NCBI GenBank assembly: GCA_013239625.1
Contig: MU053433.1
Coordinates: 1-36,646 of the forward strand
Direction: 5' to 3'
Origin: Lama guanicoe
Taxonomy: Eukaryota
Length of the DNA stretch: 36,646 nt
Shown: piece by piece, positions 25,400 through 36,646 of the stretch
Layout of the letters: every line of letters starts with the position of its first letter
How positions within the stretch are numbered: position 1 is the first letter of the stretch
Position numbers and translations under genes: made by a program
The notes under the pieces: generated by a model
What the model saw: the letters and a program-made list of their open reading frames with translations, nothing else
The model's database searches: none
Told to the model about the DNA's origin: nothing

Positions 25400-26290
25400 A
25401 TGTACGTATTTTAATTTCCTAGTGAATAGAAAATTTGTGCTCCCACATGCCAGGTGAAGGACATCTTTCACACACAATTTTCTCTTAGAATTGAGCATGA
25501 GTAGAGAGGATCTTTAATCAAGCACAATTGGTATATTTTCCAGTAAGCACAATTACTCAGTTTCCCAATCTTTTTCCTAGAGCCGGTATGAAGTTCTAAG
25601 TGTTTTCACTATAAAGCCAAGTTGGGGCTTCTGCGTACCAGTATATATGTATGCAGTGTAGTTTCAATCAGAAAAGAAACATTGATTTGCCAGCAAGCTA
25701 GGTGAACTTCGGCTTTCAAACACACTTATCTCTCAGAGTTGAGAATGTGGAGAGACGGTCGTTCACCGAGCAGAAATTGAAGTATTTGCAGTAGACACAC
25801 GTACTTTGTTTTCCCCATCTCTTTCCTATTTCCGGTTTGAATTTCCTGCAATTTTCACCCAAAAGCCAGTTGGAGCTAGAAATCCCCCATATATATTTAC
25901 GTAGTGAATTTTCCAACTGAAAAGAAAATTTGTATTCCCACAAACACTTAGGTTCCCAGTCTGCTTCCTAGAGCCCGTTGGAAGTTTCTGCAGTTTTCAC
26001 TGTAAAACCGATTTGGAGCTAGAACCTCCCCATAAAGATTTATGTATTGTAGATTCCAAGCCAAGCACAAGCTAGGTGAAAGATGGCTGTTACACAAAAT
26101 TATCTCTCAGAAATTAGCATGTGGAGAGATTTTCTTTCATCTATCACCAAGGGTGCCTTTTAAATGAGATAAAATTTCTCTAATTACTTAGTCTGTTTCC
26201 TTGCGTCGGTTTGATGTTCCTGCAGTTTTCACTGAAAATCCGTGTTGGAGCTTGTATCTCTGCATATATATATATATATCAATTGTTCTT
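25400..26290. repeat. Partial, doubly deleted B-C-D-E-F-G block, sub-lineage 1
   Basis: Matches ~720-1990 except for deletions at ~25940 and ~26065. Confidence 0.78.
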
Positions 26291-26368
26291 TCCTAATGAA
26301 AAGAAACTTTGTGTTTCCAACAAGCTAGTAGAAGGATGGCTTTCACACACAATTACATCTCAGAACTG

Positions 26369-29300
26369 AGCATGTGGAGAGAAATCCGTTCATCTAGCAC
26401 AAAGATATCATGTTGCAGGAGAAACACTTACTCTGGCTTCTTCTCTGTTTCATTGTGCCGTTTTTAATTTTCTGTCTTCTCACTGTAAGACGAGTTGGTG
26501 CTTTTACCTCCCCAAATAAATGCACGTAGTGTTGTTTACATCTAAAAAGAATCTGTATGTTGCCCGCATGCTACGTGAAGCACGGATTTTCAGACACATA
26601 TCTCTGAAATCCGAGCATGTGTAGAGAAGTTCGTTAATCTAGAACCAAGGGAACTTTTTGCAAGTGGCACATTTACTCTGATATCTAATTTTGATTCCTT
26701 GTGCCAGTTTGAATTCCCTGCATTGTTCATTGTAAAACTGAGATGAAGCTCGTACCACCTCATATATATGTACATATTGCAATTTCCTTATGAAAAGGAG
26801 CTATGTGTTCCTTACTTGTTAGGTGAAGGACGTTATTCACACACAAATTTCTCTCAGAAATTAGCATGTGGAAACATTTCCATTCATCTAGCACAAAGGG
26901 ACTGGGTGGAAGGAGAAACAATTACTCTAGTTTCTCTGTCTGTTTTCAAGTGCTGGTTTCAAATTCCTGCAGCTTTCAGTGTAAAACCGAGTTGAAGATA
27001 TTACCTCCAATGTATATGTTTTTAGTGTAATTTCCAAATGAAAAGAAACTTTGTGTTCCCAGCAATCCAGTTGAAGTTCGGCTTTGAAACATGCTTATCT
27101 CTCAGAGTTTAGCATGTGGAGAGACGATATTTCATGTATCACAAATGGAACGTGTTGCAGAAGACACACTGGCTGTGTTTTCCCAGTATGATTCCTAGAG
27201 CCCGTTTGAACTTCCTGCAAATTTGAATGTAAGACTGAGTTGGTAGTAGTACCTCCCCATATATATGTATGTACTGTAGTTTCCAAATGAAAAGAATCTT
27301 TGTTTTGCCAGCAAGATATTTGAAGGACGGCTTTCACACAAACTAATCTCTCAGACATTAACATCTGGAGAGACGGTCGTTCATCTAGCATGAAGGGAAT
27401 GGTTTAAAATTGATAAAATTACTCTTATTTCTATGACTGTTTCCTAGTGCAGTTTTGAAGTTCCTGCATTTTTCACTGTAAATCTGAGTTGGAGCTAGAA
27501 CCTCCCCATATATATATATATGTAGTGTTGTTTATAACCAAAAAAAATTTGTTCCCAAGAATCTGGGTGAAGTGTGACTTTCACAAAAAGTTACCACTCA
27601 TAAATGAGCATGTGCAGTCAGGTTCTTTATTCAAGCACAAATGGAATGGTTTGCAGCAGAAATACATACAATGGGTTCCCACTCTTTTTCCATTAGCAGG
27701 ATTGAATTTCCTAAAATTTCAACTGTAAAATCGATTTTGTGCTTGTACCTCCCCTTATATTTATATGTCTTGTAATTTCCATCTGAAAAAAAAATTTGTG
27801 TTGCCAGCAAGCTAGGTGAAGGGCGGCTGTCACAAGCACTTTTCTCTCAGAAATTAGCATGTGGAGAGACTTTCTTTCATCTAGCACCAAGGGAGCAGTT
27901 TTAAAGGGATACAAGTATTCTAATTTCTAAGTCTGTTTCCTGGGTCGGTTTGATGTTCCTGCAGTTTACACTGGAAAACCGAGTTGGAGCTAGTACCTCC
28001 CGATATATATGTAAATACTGTACTTTTCAAATGAAAAAAAACTTTGATTTCCCATCATGCTACATGAAGGACAATTTTCAAACACAATTTTCTCTCACAA
28101 ATAAGCATATGGAGAGATGTTCATTCATCTAGCACCAAGGGAATGGGTTAAAAGTGTTACAATTATTCTAATTTCTTAGTCTGTTTCCTAGGGTCGGTTT
28201 GAAAGTCCTGCAGTTTTCACTGTAAAGCAGAGGCGGAGATAGAACAACCCCATATATATATACGTATGGTAAATTCCAAATGAAAAGAATCGATTGTTTC
28301 TAACATGCTTGGTGAATGACGGGTTTCACAAAAACTTATCTCTCAGGACTGAGCATGTGGAGACAGGTTCGTTCATCAAGCACAAATGAAACGGTTGGCA
28401 GGGGAAACAGTTACTCATTTTGTCAGTCTGTTTAATAGTGCCAGTTTGAAATCCTGCAGTTTTACTGTAAAACCGAGTTGGTGCTAGTACCTCCTCACAT
28501 ATATGTATGTATTGCTGTTTCCAAATAAAAAGGAACTTTTGGATCCTAACATGCAAGTTGAAGGACGGATTTCACAAACAGTTATGTCTCAGAAATGAGC
28601 ATGTGGACAGACGCTCATTCTCCTAGCACAAATGGAACGGCTTTCAGGAGAAAGATTTACTCTGGTTTCCCAGTTTGTTTCCTATTGCCGGTTTCAATTT
28701 CCTGCAGTTTTCATTGTAAAACCAAGTTGGAGCTTGAATCTACCCATATTTATGTATGTATGGTTCTTTCCTATGAAAAAAAACTTTGTGCTCCTTACAA
28801 TCTAGGTGAAGGACGGCTTTCACACACACTTATCTCTCAGAAATGAAGATGTGCAGAGACGTTCATTCCAATAGCAACAAGGGAACGGGTTGCTGTCGTT
28901 ACAATTACTCTGAATTCTTAGTCTGTTTCCTTGCGACCCTTTGAAGTTCCTGCAATTTTCACTGTGAAACAGAGTTTCAGTTAGAAACTCCCCATATATA
29001 TATATATATGTATTGTAATTTAAAAATGAAAAGAATCCTGTTTTTCCTAACATGCTTGGTGAATGGCGGATTTCACAAACACTTATCTCTCAGAACTGAG
29101 CATGTGGAGACAAGTTCGTTCATGGAGCACAAATGGAACCATTGGCTGGGGAAACAATGTCTGTTTCTTAGTCTGTTTAATAGTGCCTGTTTGAAATCCT
29201 GCAGTTTTCAGTGTAAAACCGAGTTGGTGCTATTACCTCCTCACATATATGTATGTATTGCTGTTCCAGATAAAAAGGAACTTTTTGATCTTAACATGCA

Positions 29301-30832
29301 AGTTGAAGGATGGATTTCACAAACAGTTACGTCTCAGAAATGAGCATGTGGACAGACGTTCATTCTCCTAGCACAAATGGAACGGTTGTGAGGAGAAAGA
29401 TTTACTCTGGTTTCCCAGTTTGTTTCCTATAGCCGGTTTAAATTTCCTGCAGTTTTCATTGTAAAACCAATTTGGAGCTGGAATCTCCCCATATTTATGT
29501 ATGTATGGTTGTTTCCAACTAAAAACAACTTTGTGTTCCTTACATACTAGGTGAAGTACAGCTTTCACACAGAATTATCTCTCAGAAATCAAGATGTGCA
29601 GAAATGTTCATTCTATAAGCAACAACGGAATATGTTGCAGTAGATAAAATTACTCTGATTTCCTTAGTCTGTTTCCTAGCGACCCTTAGAAGTTCCTACA
29701 ATTTTCACTGTAAAACAGAGTTGGAGTTAGAAACTCCCCACATATATATATATCTATTGTAATTTACAAATGAAAAGAATCCTTTTGTTCCTAACATGCT
29801 TGGTGAATGACGGATTTCACAAAAACCTATCTCTCAGAACTGAGGATGTGAAGACACGTTCGTACATTGAGCAAAAATGAGACTGTTTGCCAGAGAAACA
29901 ATTATTGTGTTCTTAGTCTGTTTAATAGTTCTGGTTTGAAATCCTGTAGTTTTCACTGTAAAAGCGATTTGGAGGGAGTACCTCCCGATATAAATGTAAG
30001 GATTGCAGTTTCCAAATGAAAAGGGACTTTTAGATCCTAACATGCAAGGTGAAGGACAGATTTCACAAAGATGTACGTCTCAGAAATGAGCATGTGGACA
30101 GACGTTCATTCTTTTGGCATAAAGGGAACGGTTGTCAGGAGAAAGATTTACTCTGATTTCCCAGTTTGTTTCCTACTGCTGGTTTCAATTTCCTGCAGTT
30201 TTCATTTTAAAACCAAGTTGGAGCTTGAATCTACCCGTATTTATTTATGTATGGTTTTTTCCTACAAAAAAAACTTTGTGAACTTTACAAGCTAGGTGAA
30301 GGACGGCTTTCACACACACTTACCTCTCAGAAATGAACATGTGGAGAGACGTTCGTTCAACTATCATCAAGGGAAAGGGGTTCCAGTTGTTACAATTACT
30401 CTGATTTCTAAGACTGTTTCCAAGCGAAAGTTTGAAGTACCTGTAGTTTTCACTGTAAATCTGAGTTGGAGCTAGTATCTACCCATATATATGTATGTTG
30501 AGTAGTTTCCAACTGCAAAAAAGCTTTGTGTTCCCAAGAAGCTAGGTGAAGTACGGCTTTCAAACACACTTATCTCCGAGAACTGTTAATGTCGATAGAC
30601 TTCATTCATCCAGCAATTGGGGGAGCGGATTTCAGTAAAACACTTAATCTGGTTTCTCAGTCTGTTCCCTTTTGCTGGTTTTAATGTCCTGCATTTTCAC
30701 GTTAAAACCGTGTTGGGGCTAGAACTTCACCATATATAAGTATGTAGTGTAGTTTACAAAGGTAATAAATCATTGTGTTCCCAACAAGCTTGAAGAAGGA
30801 CAGCTTTCATACACACTTACATCTCAGAACTG
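26369..30832. repeat. HOR copy 3 (18-mer variant: 15-mer plus one extra W/X/Y-type trimer)
   Basis: N-type anchors at 26369 and 30833 are 4464 bp and 18 anchors apart. Order: N-O-P-Q-R-T-U-H-(W-X-Y)-(W-X-Y)-(I-K-L)-M. Confidence 0.82.
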
Positions 30833-31574
30833 AGCATGTGGAGAGACTTCCGTTCATCCTACACAGAGGGATCGTGTTGCAGGAGAAACAATTACTCTGG
30901 TTTCTTAGTCTGTTTCCTTGTGTCAGTTTTAATTTTCTGCATTCTCACTGTAAGCCGAGTTGGTGCTTGTACCTCCACAAATATATGCATGTAGTGTGCT
31001 TACCATCTGAAAAGAAACTCTGTTGCCCGCAAGCAAGGTGAAGCACGGATTTCACAGACAATTATCTCTGAAAACAGAGCATGTGGAGAGAATTTCGTTA
31101 ACCTAGAACCAAGGGAACTTATGCAAGTGGCACACATACTCTGATATCTAATTTTGATTCCTAATGCCGGTTTGAATTCCCTGCATTGTTCATTGTAAAA
31201 CTGAGATGCAGCTAGTACGACCACATATATATGTACATATTGCACTTTTTTAATGAACAGAAACTTTGTGTTCACAACTTGCTAGTTGTAGGACGTCTTT
31301 CACACAAAACTTTCTCTCAGAAATTAGCATGTGGAGAGAATTTCGTTCATCTAGCACAAAAGGAATGGTTTGCAGGAGAAAGAGTTACTCTGGTTTCACA
31401 GAATGTTACCTAGTGCCTGTTTGAAATTCCTGCAGCTTTCTCTGTAAAACCAATTAGGAGCTATTACCACCCCATGTATATGTGTGTTGTGTAATTTCCA
31501 AATGAATAGAAAATTTGTGTTCCCAATAAGCCAGGTGAAGGACGGCTTTCGCACACACTTATCTCTCAGAGTTA

Positions 31575-33046
31575 ACCATTTAGAGAGACTATTTTTTATC
31601 TAGCACAAATGGAACTTGATGTAGTAGACACACTTACTCTGGGTTCCCAGTCGGCTTCCTAAAGCCCATTTGAAGTAGCTGCAAATTTCACTGTAAACCC
31701 GAATTTTTTACTTGTTCTTCCCCATATATATGTAAGTAGTGTAATTTCCAACTGAAAGAAACTTTGCTTTGCCAGCAAGATAGATGAAAGAATGCATTCA
31801 CACACAATTTTCTCTCAGATATTAGCATGTGGATAGACTTTATTTCATCTAGCACCAAGGGAGTATGTTGAAAGTGATAAATTTACTCTTATTTCTAAGT
31901 GTGTTTCACAGGATCGGTTTCAAATTCCTGCAGTTTTCACTGTGAAACTGAGTTGGTGCAAGTATCTCCCCATATATATGTATGTATTGTACTTTCCAAA
32001 TGAATAGAAAATTTGTGTTCGCACATGCCATGTGAAGGACATATTTCACACACAATTTTCTCTTAGAATTGAGTATGAGTAGAGAAGATCTTTAATCAAG
32101 CACAATTGATATATTTTGCAGAAGCACAATTACTCTGTTTCCCATTCTTTTTCCTAGAGCCAGTTTGAAGTTCCAAGAGTTTTCACTTTAAAGCCAAGTT
32201 GGGGCTTCTACCTACTATTATATATGTACGCAGTGTAGTTTCAAACTGAAAAGAAACATTGTTTGCCAGCAAGCTAGGTGAACTTCGGCTTTCAAACACA
32301 CTTATCTCTCAGAGTCGAGCATGTGGAGAGACGGTCGTTCATCGAGTACAAATTGAAGTAGTTGCAGGAGACACACGTACTTTGCTTTCCCCATCTGTTT
32401 CCTACTTCCGGTTCGAATTTCCTGCAATTTTCACCCAAAAGCCAGTTGGAGCTAGAAATCCCCCATATATATTTACGTAGTGAATTTTCCAACTGAAAAG
32501 AAAATTTGTATTCCCAGGAACCTAGCTGAAGTTAGGCTTTCACACAAAGATATCCCTCAGAACTGAGCATGTAGAGAGAGGTTCTTTAATCAAGCACAAA
32601 TGGTAAGGATAAGGGTTGCAAACACTTACTCTTGGTTCCCAGTCTGCTTCCTAGAGCCCGTTGGAAGTTCCTGCAGTTTTCACTGTAAAACCGATTTGGA
32701 GCTAGAACCTCCCCATATATATTTATGTAGTGTAGATTCCAAGCGAAAAATATTTGTGATTCAAAGTTGCTTAGTGAAGGGCGACTTTCACACAAAGTTA
32801 TCTCTCAGAAGTGAGCATGTGGAGAGAGGATCTTTATTCAAGCTCTAATGGTATGGGTAGCAGTAGAAACAGTTACCCTGGGTTACCAGCCTGTTTGAAG
32901 TGTCTACAGTTTTCACTGAAAAATCCACTTGGTGCTTGTACCTCCCCATTTATACGTACATAGTGTTATTACCAACTGAAAGGAAAATTTGTTGCCAGCA
33001 TGCTAGATGAAAGTTGGCTTTCACACAAAATAATCTCTCAGAATTT
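31575..33046. repeat. Ordered monomer block A-F, sub-lineage 1
   Basis: Closely matches 315-1804. ORFs 32586/32600 mirror ORFs 1283/1348. Confidence 0.85.
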
Positions 33047-35030
33047 AGCATGTGGAGAGACTTTCATTCATCTAGCACCAAGAGAGCGTTTAAAGGAGAT
33101 ACAATTTCTCTAATTTCTAACTCTGTTTCCTAGCTTTGGTTTGATGTTTCACCAGTTTTCACTGAAAAACCGAGTTGGAGCTAGTACCTCCCCATATATA
33201 TGTAAGTAGTGTACTTTCCTAATGAAAAGAAACTTTGTTTTCCCAACATGCTACATGAAGGACAATTTTCAAACACAATTTTCTCTCACAAATAAACATA
33301 TGGAGAGATGTTCATTCATCTAGCACCAAGGGAGTGGGTTAAAAGTGTTACAATTATTCTAATTTCTTAGTCTGTTTCCTAGGGTCGGTTTGAAAGTCCT
33401 GCAGTTTTCACTGTAAAGCAGAGGCGGAGATAGAACAACCCCATATATATATATACGTATGGTAAATTCCAAATGAAAAGAATCGATTGTTTCTAACATG
33501 CTTGGTGAATGACGGGTTTCACAAAAACTTATCTCTCAGGACTGAGCATGTGGAGACACGTTCGTTCATCGAGCACAAATGGAACGGTTGGCCGGGGAAA
33601 CAATTACTCATTTTGTCAGTCTGTTTAATAGTGCCAGTTTGAAATCCTGCAGTTTTACTGTAAAACCGAGTTGGTGCTAGTACCTCCTCACATATATGTA
33701 TGTATTGCTGTTTCCAAATAAAAAGGAACTTTTGGATCCTAACATGCAAGTTGAAGGACGGATTTCACAAACAGTTATGTCTCAGAAATGAGCATGTGGA
33801 CAGACGCTCATTCTCCTAGCACAAATGGAACGGCTTTCAGGAGAAAGATTTACTCTGGTTTCCCAGTTTGTTTCCTATTGCCGGTTTCAATTTCCTGCAG
33901 TTTTCATTGTAAAACCAAGTTGGAGATTGAGTCTCTCCGTATATTAGTATGTATTGTATTTTCCAAATTAAAAAAAACCTTTTGATCCTTACAAGCAAGG
34001 CGAAGGGCGGTATTCACGCACAGTTATCTCTCAGAAATGAACATGTGGAAAGACGTTCGTTCAAATAGCAACAAGGGAACGCATTGCAATGGATACAATT
34101 TCTCTGATTTCTATGTATGTTTCCTTGCAACTGTTTGAATTACATGCAGTTTTCACTGTAAAAAAGAGTTGGAGTTTGAACCGCCCAAAATATATACACA
34201 TATTTCATTTTCCAAATGAAAAGAATCTGTTTAATATTAACATGCTTGGTGAACAACGGATTTCACAAAAACTTATCTCTCAGAACTGAGCATGTGTAGA
34301 GACTTCCATTCATCTAGCACAAAGAGATCGGTTGCAGGGAAACACTTACACTGGTTTCTCAGTCTGTTTCCTTGTGTCGGATTTAATTTCATGCATTCTC
34401 ACTGTAAGCCGAGTTGGTGCTTGTACCTCCACAAATATATGCATGTATTGTGCCTTCCATCTGAAAAGAAACTCTATGTTGCCCGCAAGCTCGGTGAAGC
34501 ACGGATTTCAAAGACAATTATCACTGAAAACAGAGCATGTGGAGAGAATTTCCTTAACCTAGATCCAAGTGTACTTTTTGCAAGTGGTACACTTACTGTG
34601 ATATCTAATTTTGATTCCTAGTGCCGTTTTTAATTCCCTGCATTGTTCATTGTAAAACTGAGATGGATCTAGTACGACCCCATATAAATGTGCATATTGG
34701 ACTATTTTAATGAAAAGAAACTCTGTGTTCACAACTTGCTAGTTGAAGGACGTCTTTCACACAAAACTTTCTCTCAGAAATTAGCATGTGGTGAGAATTT
34801 CGTTCATCTAGTACAAAAGGAATGGTTTGCAGGAGAAAGAGTTACTCTGGTTTCACAGCCTGTTACCAGTGCCTGTTTGAAATTCCTGCAGCTTTCTCTG
34901 TAAAACCGATTAGGAGCTATTACCCCCCCATGTATATGTGTGTTGTGTAAATTCCAAATGAATAGAAACTTTGTGTTCAAAATAAGCCAGCTGAAGGACG
35001 GCTTTTGCACACACTTATCTCTCAGATTTA

Positions 35031-36646
35031 AGCATGTGGAGAGACTTTCTTTCATCTAGCACCAAGGGAGTGTGTTAAAGTGATACAATTGCTCTTATTT
35101 CTAACTGTGTTTCATAGGGTCGGTTTGAACTTCCTGCAGTTTTCAGTGTAAAACTGAGTTGGTGCTAGTACCTCCCCATATATTTGTACGTATGTACTTT
35201 CCTAATGAAAAGAAATATTGTTTTCCCAACATGCCAGGTGAAGGATATATTACACACACAATTTTCTCTCAGAAATGAGCATGAGTAGAGAGGATCTTTA
35301 ATCAAGCACAAATGGTATATGTTGCAATAGACACAATTACTCTGTTTCCAAGTGTGTTTCCTAGAGCCCATTTGAAGTTCCTGCAAATTTCACCGTAAAC
35401 CCGAATTTTTTACTTGTACCTCCCGATATATGTGTACGTACTGTAATATCCAAATGAAAGAAACTTTGTTTTGCCAGCAAGCTAGGTGAAGGAATGCTTT
35501 CACACACAATTATCTCTCAGATATTAGAATATGAAGAGAGTTTCTTTCATCTAGCACCAAGGGAGTGTGTTAAAGTGATACAATTGCTCTTATTTCTGTG
35601 TGTGTTTCATAGGGTCAGTTTGAAATTCCTGCAGTTTTCAGTGTAAAACCGAGTTGGTGCTAGTACCTCCCCTATATATATATATGTATTGTATTTTCCT
35701 AATGAAAAGAAATTTTGTGTTCCAACAACTATATATATATATGTATTGTAGTTTCCTAATGAAAAGAAATTTTGTGTTCCCAACATGCCAGGTGAAGGAC
35801 ATATTTCACACACAATTTTCTCTCAGAAATGAGCATGAGTAGAGAGGATCTTTAATCAAGCACAAATCTATATGTTGCAGTAGACACAATTACTCTGTTT
35901 CCCAGGGTGTTTCCTAGAGCTGGTTTGAACTTCCAAGGGTTTTCACTGTAAAGCCGAATTTATGCTTCTTCCTACCGATATATATGTACGTAGTGTAGTT
36001 TCAAACAGAAAAGAAACATTGATTTGCCAGGAAGATGGGTGAAGTTCAGCTTTCACACACTTATCTGTCAGAGTTGAGCATAAGGAGAGACGGTCGCTCA
36101 TCAAGCACAAATTGAAGTAGATGCAGTAGACACACATACTCTGCTTTCCCCATCTGTTTCCTATTTCTGGTTTGTATTTTCTGCAATTTTTACCCAAAAC
36201 AAGTAGGAGCTAGAAACTCCCAATATATATTTATGTAGTGAAGTTTCCAACTGAAAAGAAACTTTGTGTTCCCAAGAACGTAGTTGAAGGTAGGCTTTCA
36301 CAAAAGATATCCCTCAGAATTGAGCATGTGGAGAGAGGTTCTTTAATCAAGCACAAATGGTATGGGTTGCAGTTCAAACACTTACTCTGGGTTCCCAGTC
36401 TGCTTCCTAGAGCCCATTGGAAGTTTGTTCATTTTTCACTGTAAAACCGAGTTGGAGCTAGAACCTCCCCATATATATTTATGTAGTGTAGTTACAAAGC
36501 AAAAAATATTTGTATTTAATTAACCCTGCCATTCTGTTTCCTATAGCTTGTTTGTAGTTCCTACATTTTTCACTGAATTATCCATTTGGTGCTTGTACCT
36601 CCCCATTTATATGTATAAAGTGTAATTACCAACTGAAATGAAAAGA
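35031..36646. repeat. Rearranged block B-C/A-B-C-D-E/F, sub-lineage 2
   Basis: Carries gaagatgggtgaagttc at 36031 and aagtagatgcag at ~36115, as in 20032-20523. Confidence 0.8.
35672..35785. repeat. 57-bp direct tandem duplication inside a monomer
   Basis: ctatatatatatatgtattgta(t/g)tttcctaatgaaaagaaattttgtgttcc(c)aaca occurs at 35672 and 35729. It appears as a 19-residue repeat in ORF 35654-35842. Confidence 0.92.

Larger units (their letters stand above)
1..36646. repeat. Tandem satellite DNA array, ~249-bp monomer, ~146 head-to-tail copies, all in one orientation (putative centromeric/pericentromeric satellite)
   Basis: The anchor agcatgtgg recurs at 69, 315, 564, 812, 1061 ... 5522, 5771, 6020 ... 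36077, 36323, mostly 246-249 bp apart. Consensus of the central block (249 nt): agcatgtggagagacgttcgttcatctagcacaaagggaacgggttgcaggagaaacacttactctggtttctcagtgtgtttcctagtgccggtttgaagttcctgcagttttcactgtaaaaccgagttggagcttgtacctccccatatatatgtatggagtggagtttgcaactgaagagaaactttgtgttcccaacaagctaggtgaaggacggctttcacacacgcttaactctcagaactg. Centromeric location is inference only. Confidence 0.98.

Noticed and set aside
66..36444. Over 100 short ORFs (60-142 aa) with recurring motifs such as MSMWTDVHS and CSFHCKT
   Set aside because: They are chance translations of the satellite. 249 is divisible by 3, so frames recur. Paralogous ORFs break at random stops and frameshifts on both strands, and I recognise no domain. 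The Cys/His pattern is not a zinc finger.
1..36646. Primate alpha-satellite
   Set aside because: The monomer is ~249 bp rather than ~171 or ~340 bp. Only short words such as ctcagaaa are shared.
1..36646. CRISPR array or repeat-spacer system
   Set aside because: The sequence between the conserved anchors is homologous from unit to unit, so there are no unique spacers. The period is far too long and there are no cas genes.

Overview
The whole 36.6-kb window is one uninterrupted, single-orientation tandem satellite DNA array. It holds about 146 monomers of ~246-249 bp, counted by eye from the recurring anchor ctcagaa-N-tgagcatgtggagag. I see no protein-coding gene, RNA gene, transposon or CRISPR; every listed ORF is a short chance translation of the repeat. 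The array has two layers. (i) Most of it consists of diverged, recognisable monomer types (my arbitrary labels A-Y) that recur in a fixed order as higher-order repeats (HORs). These are a 15-monomer ~3.72-kb unit, an 18-monomer ~4.46-kb variant differing by an extra trimer, and an A-G block present in two sub-lineages. (ii) A 24-monomer, more homogeneous and apparently monomeric subfamily (5276-11232) is inserted between two normally adjacent HOR monomers. The organisation resembles primate alpha-satellite, but the monomer is not alphoid and has no CENP-B box. It looks like centromeric or pericentromeric heterochromatin of a CpG-methylating eukaryote that I cannot identify. All alignments were done by eye, so identities and breakpoints are approximate.
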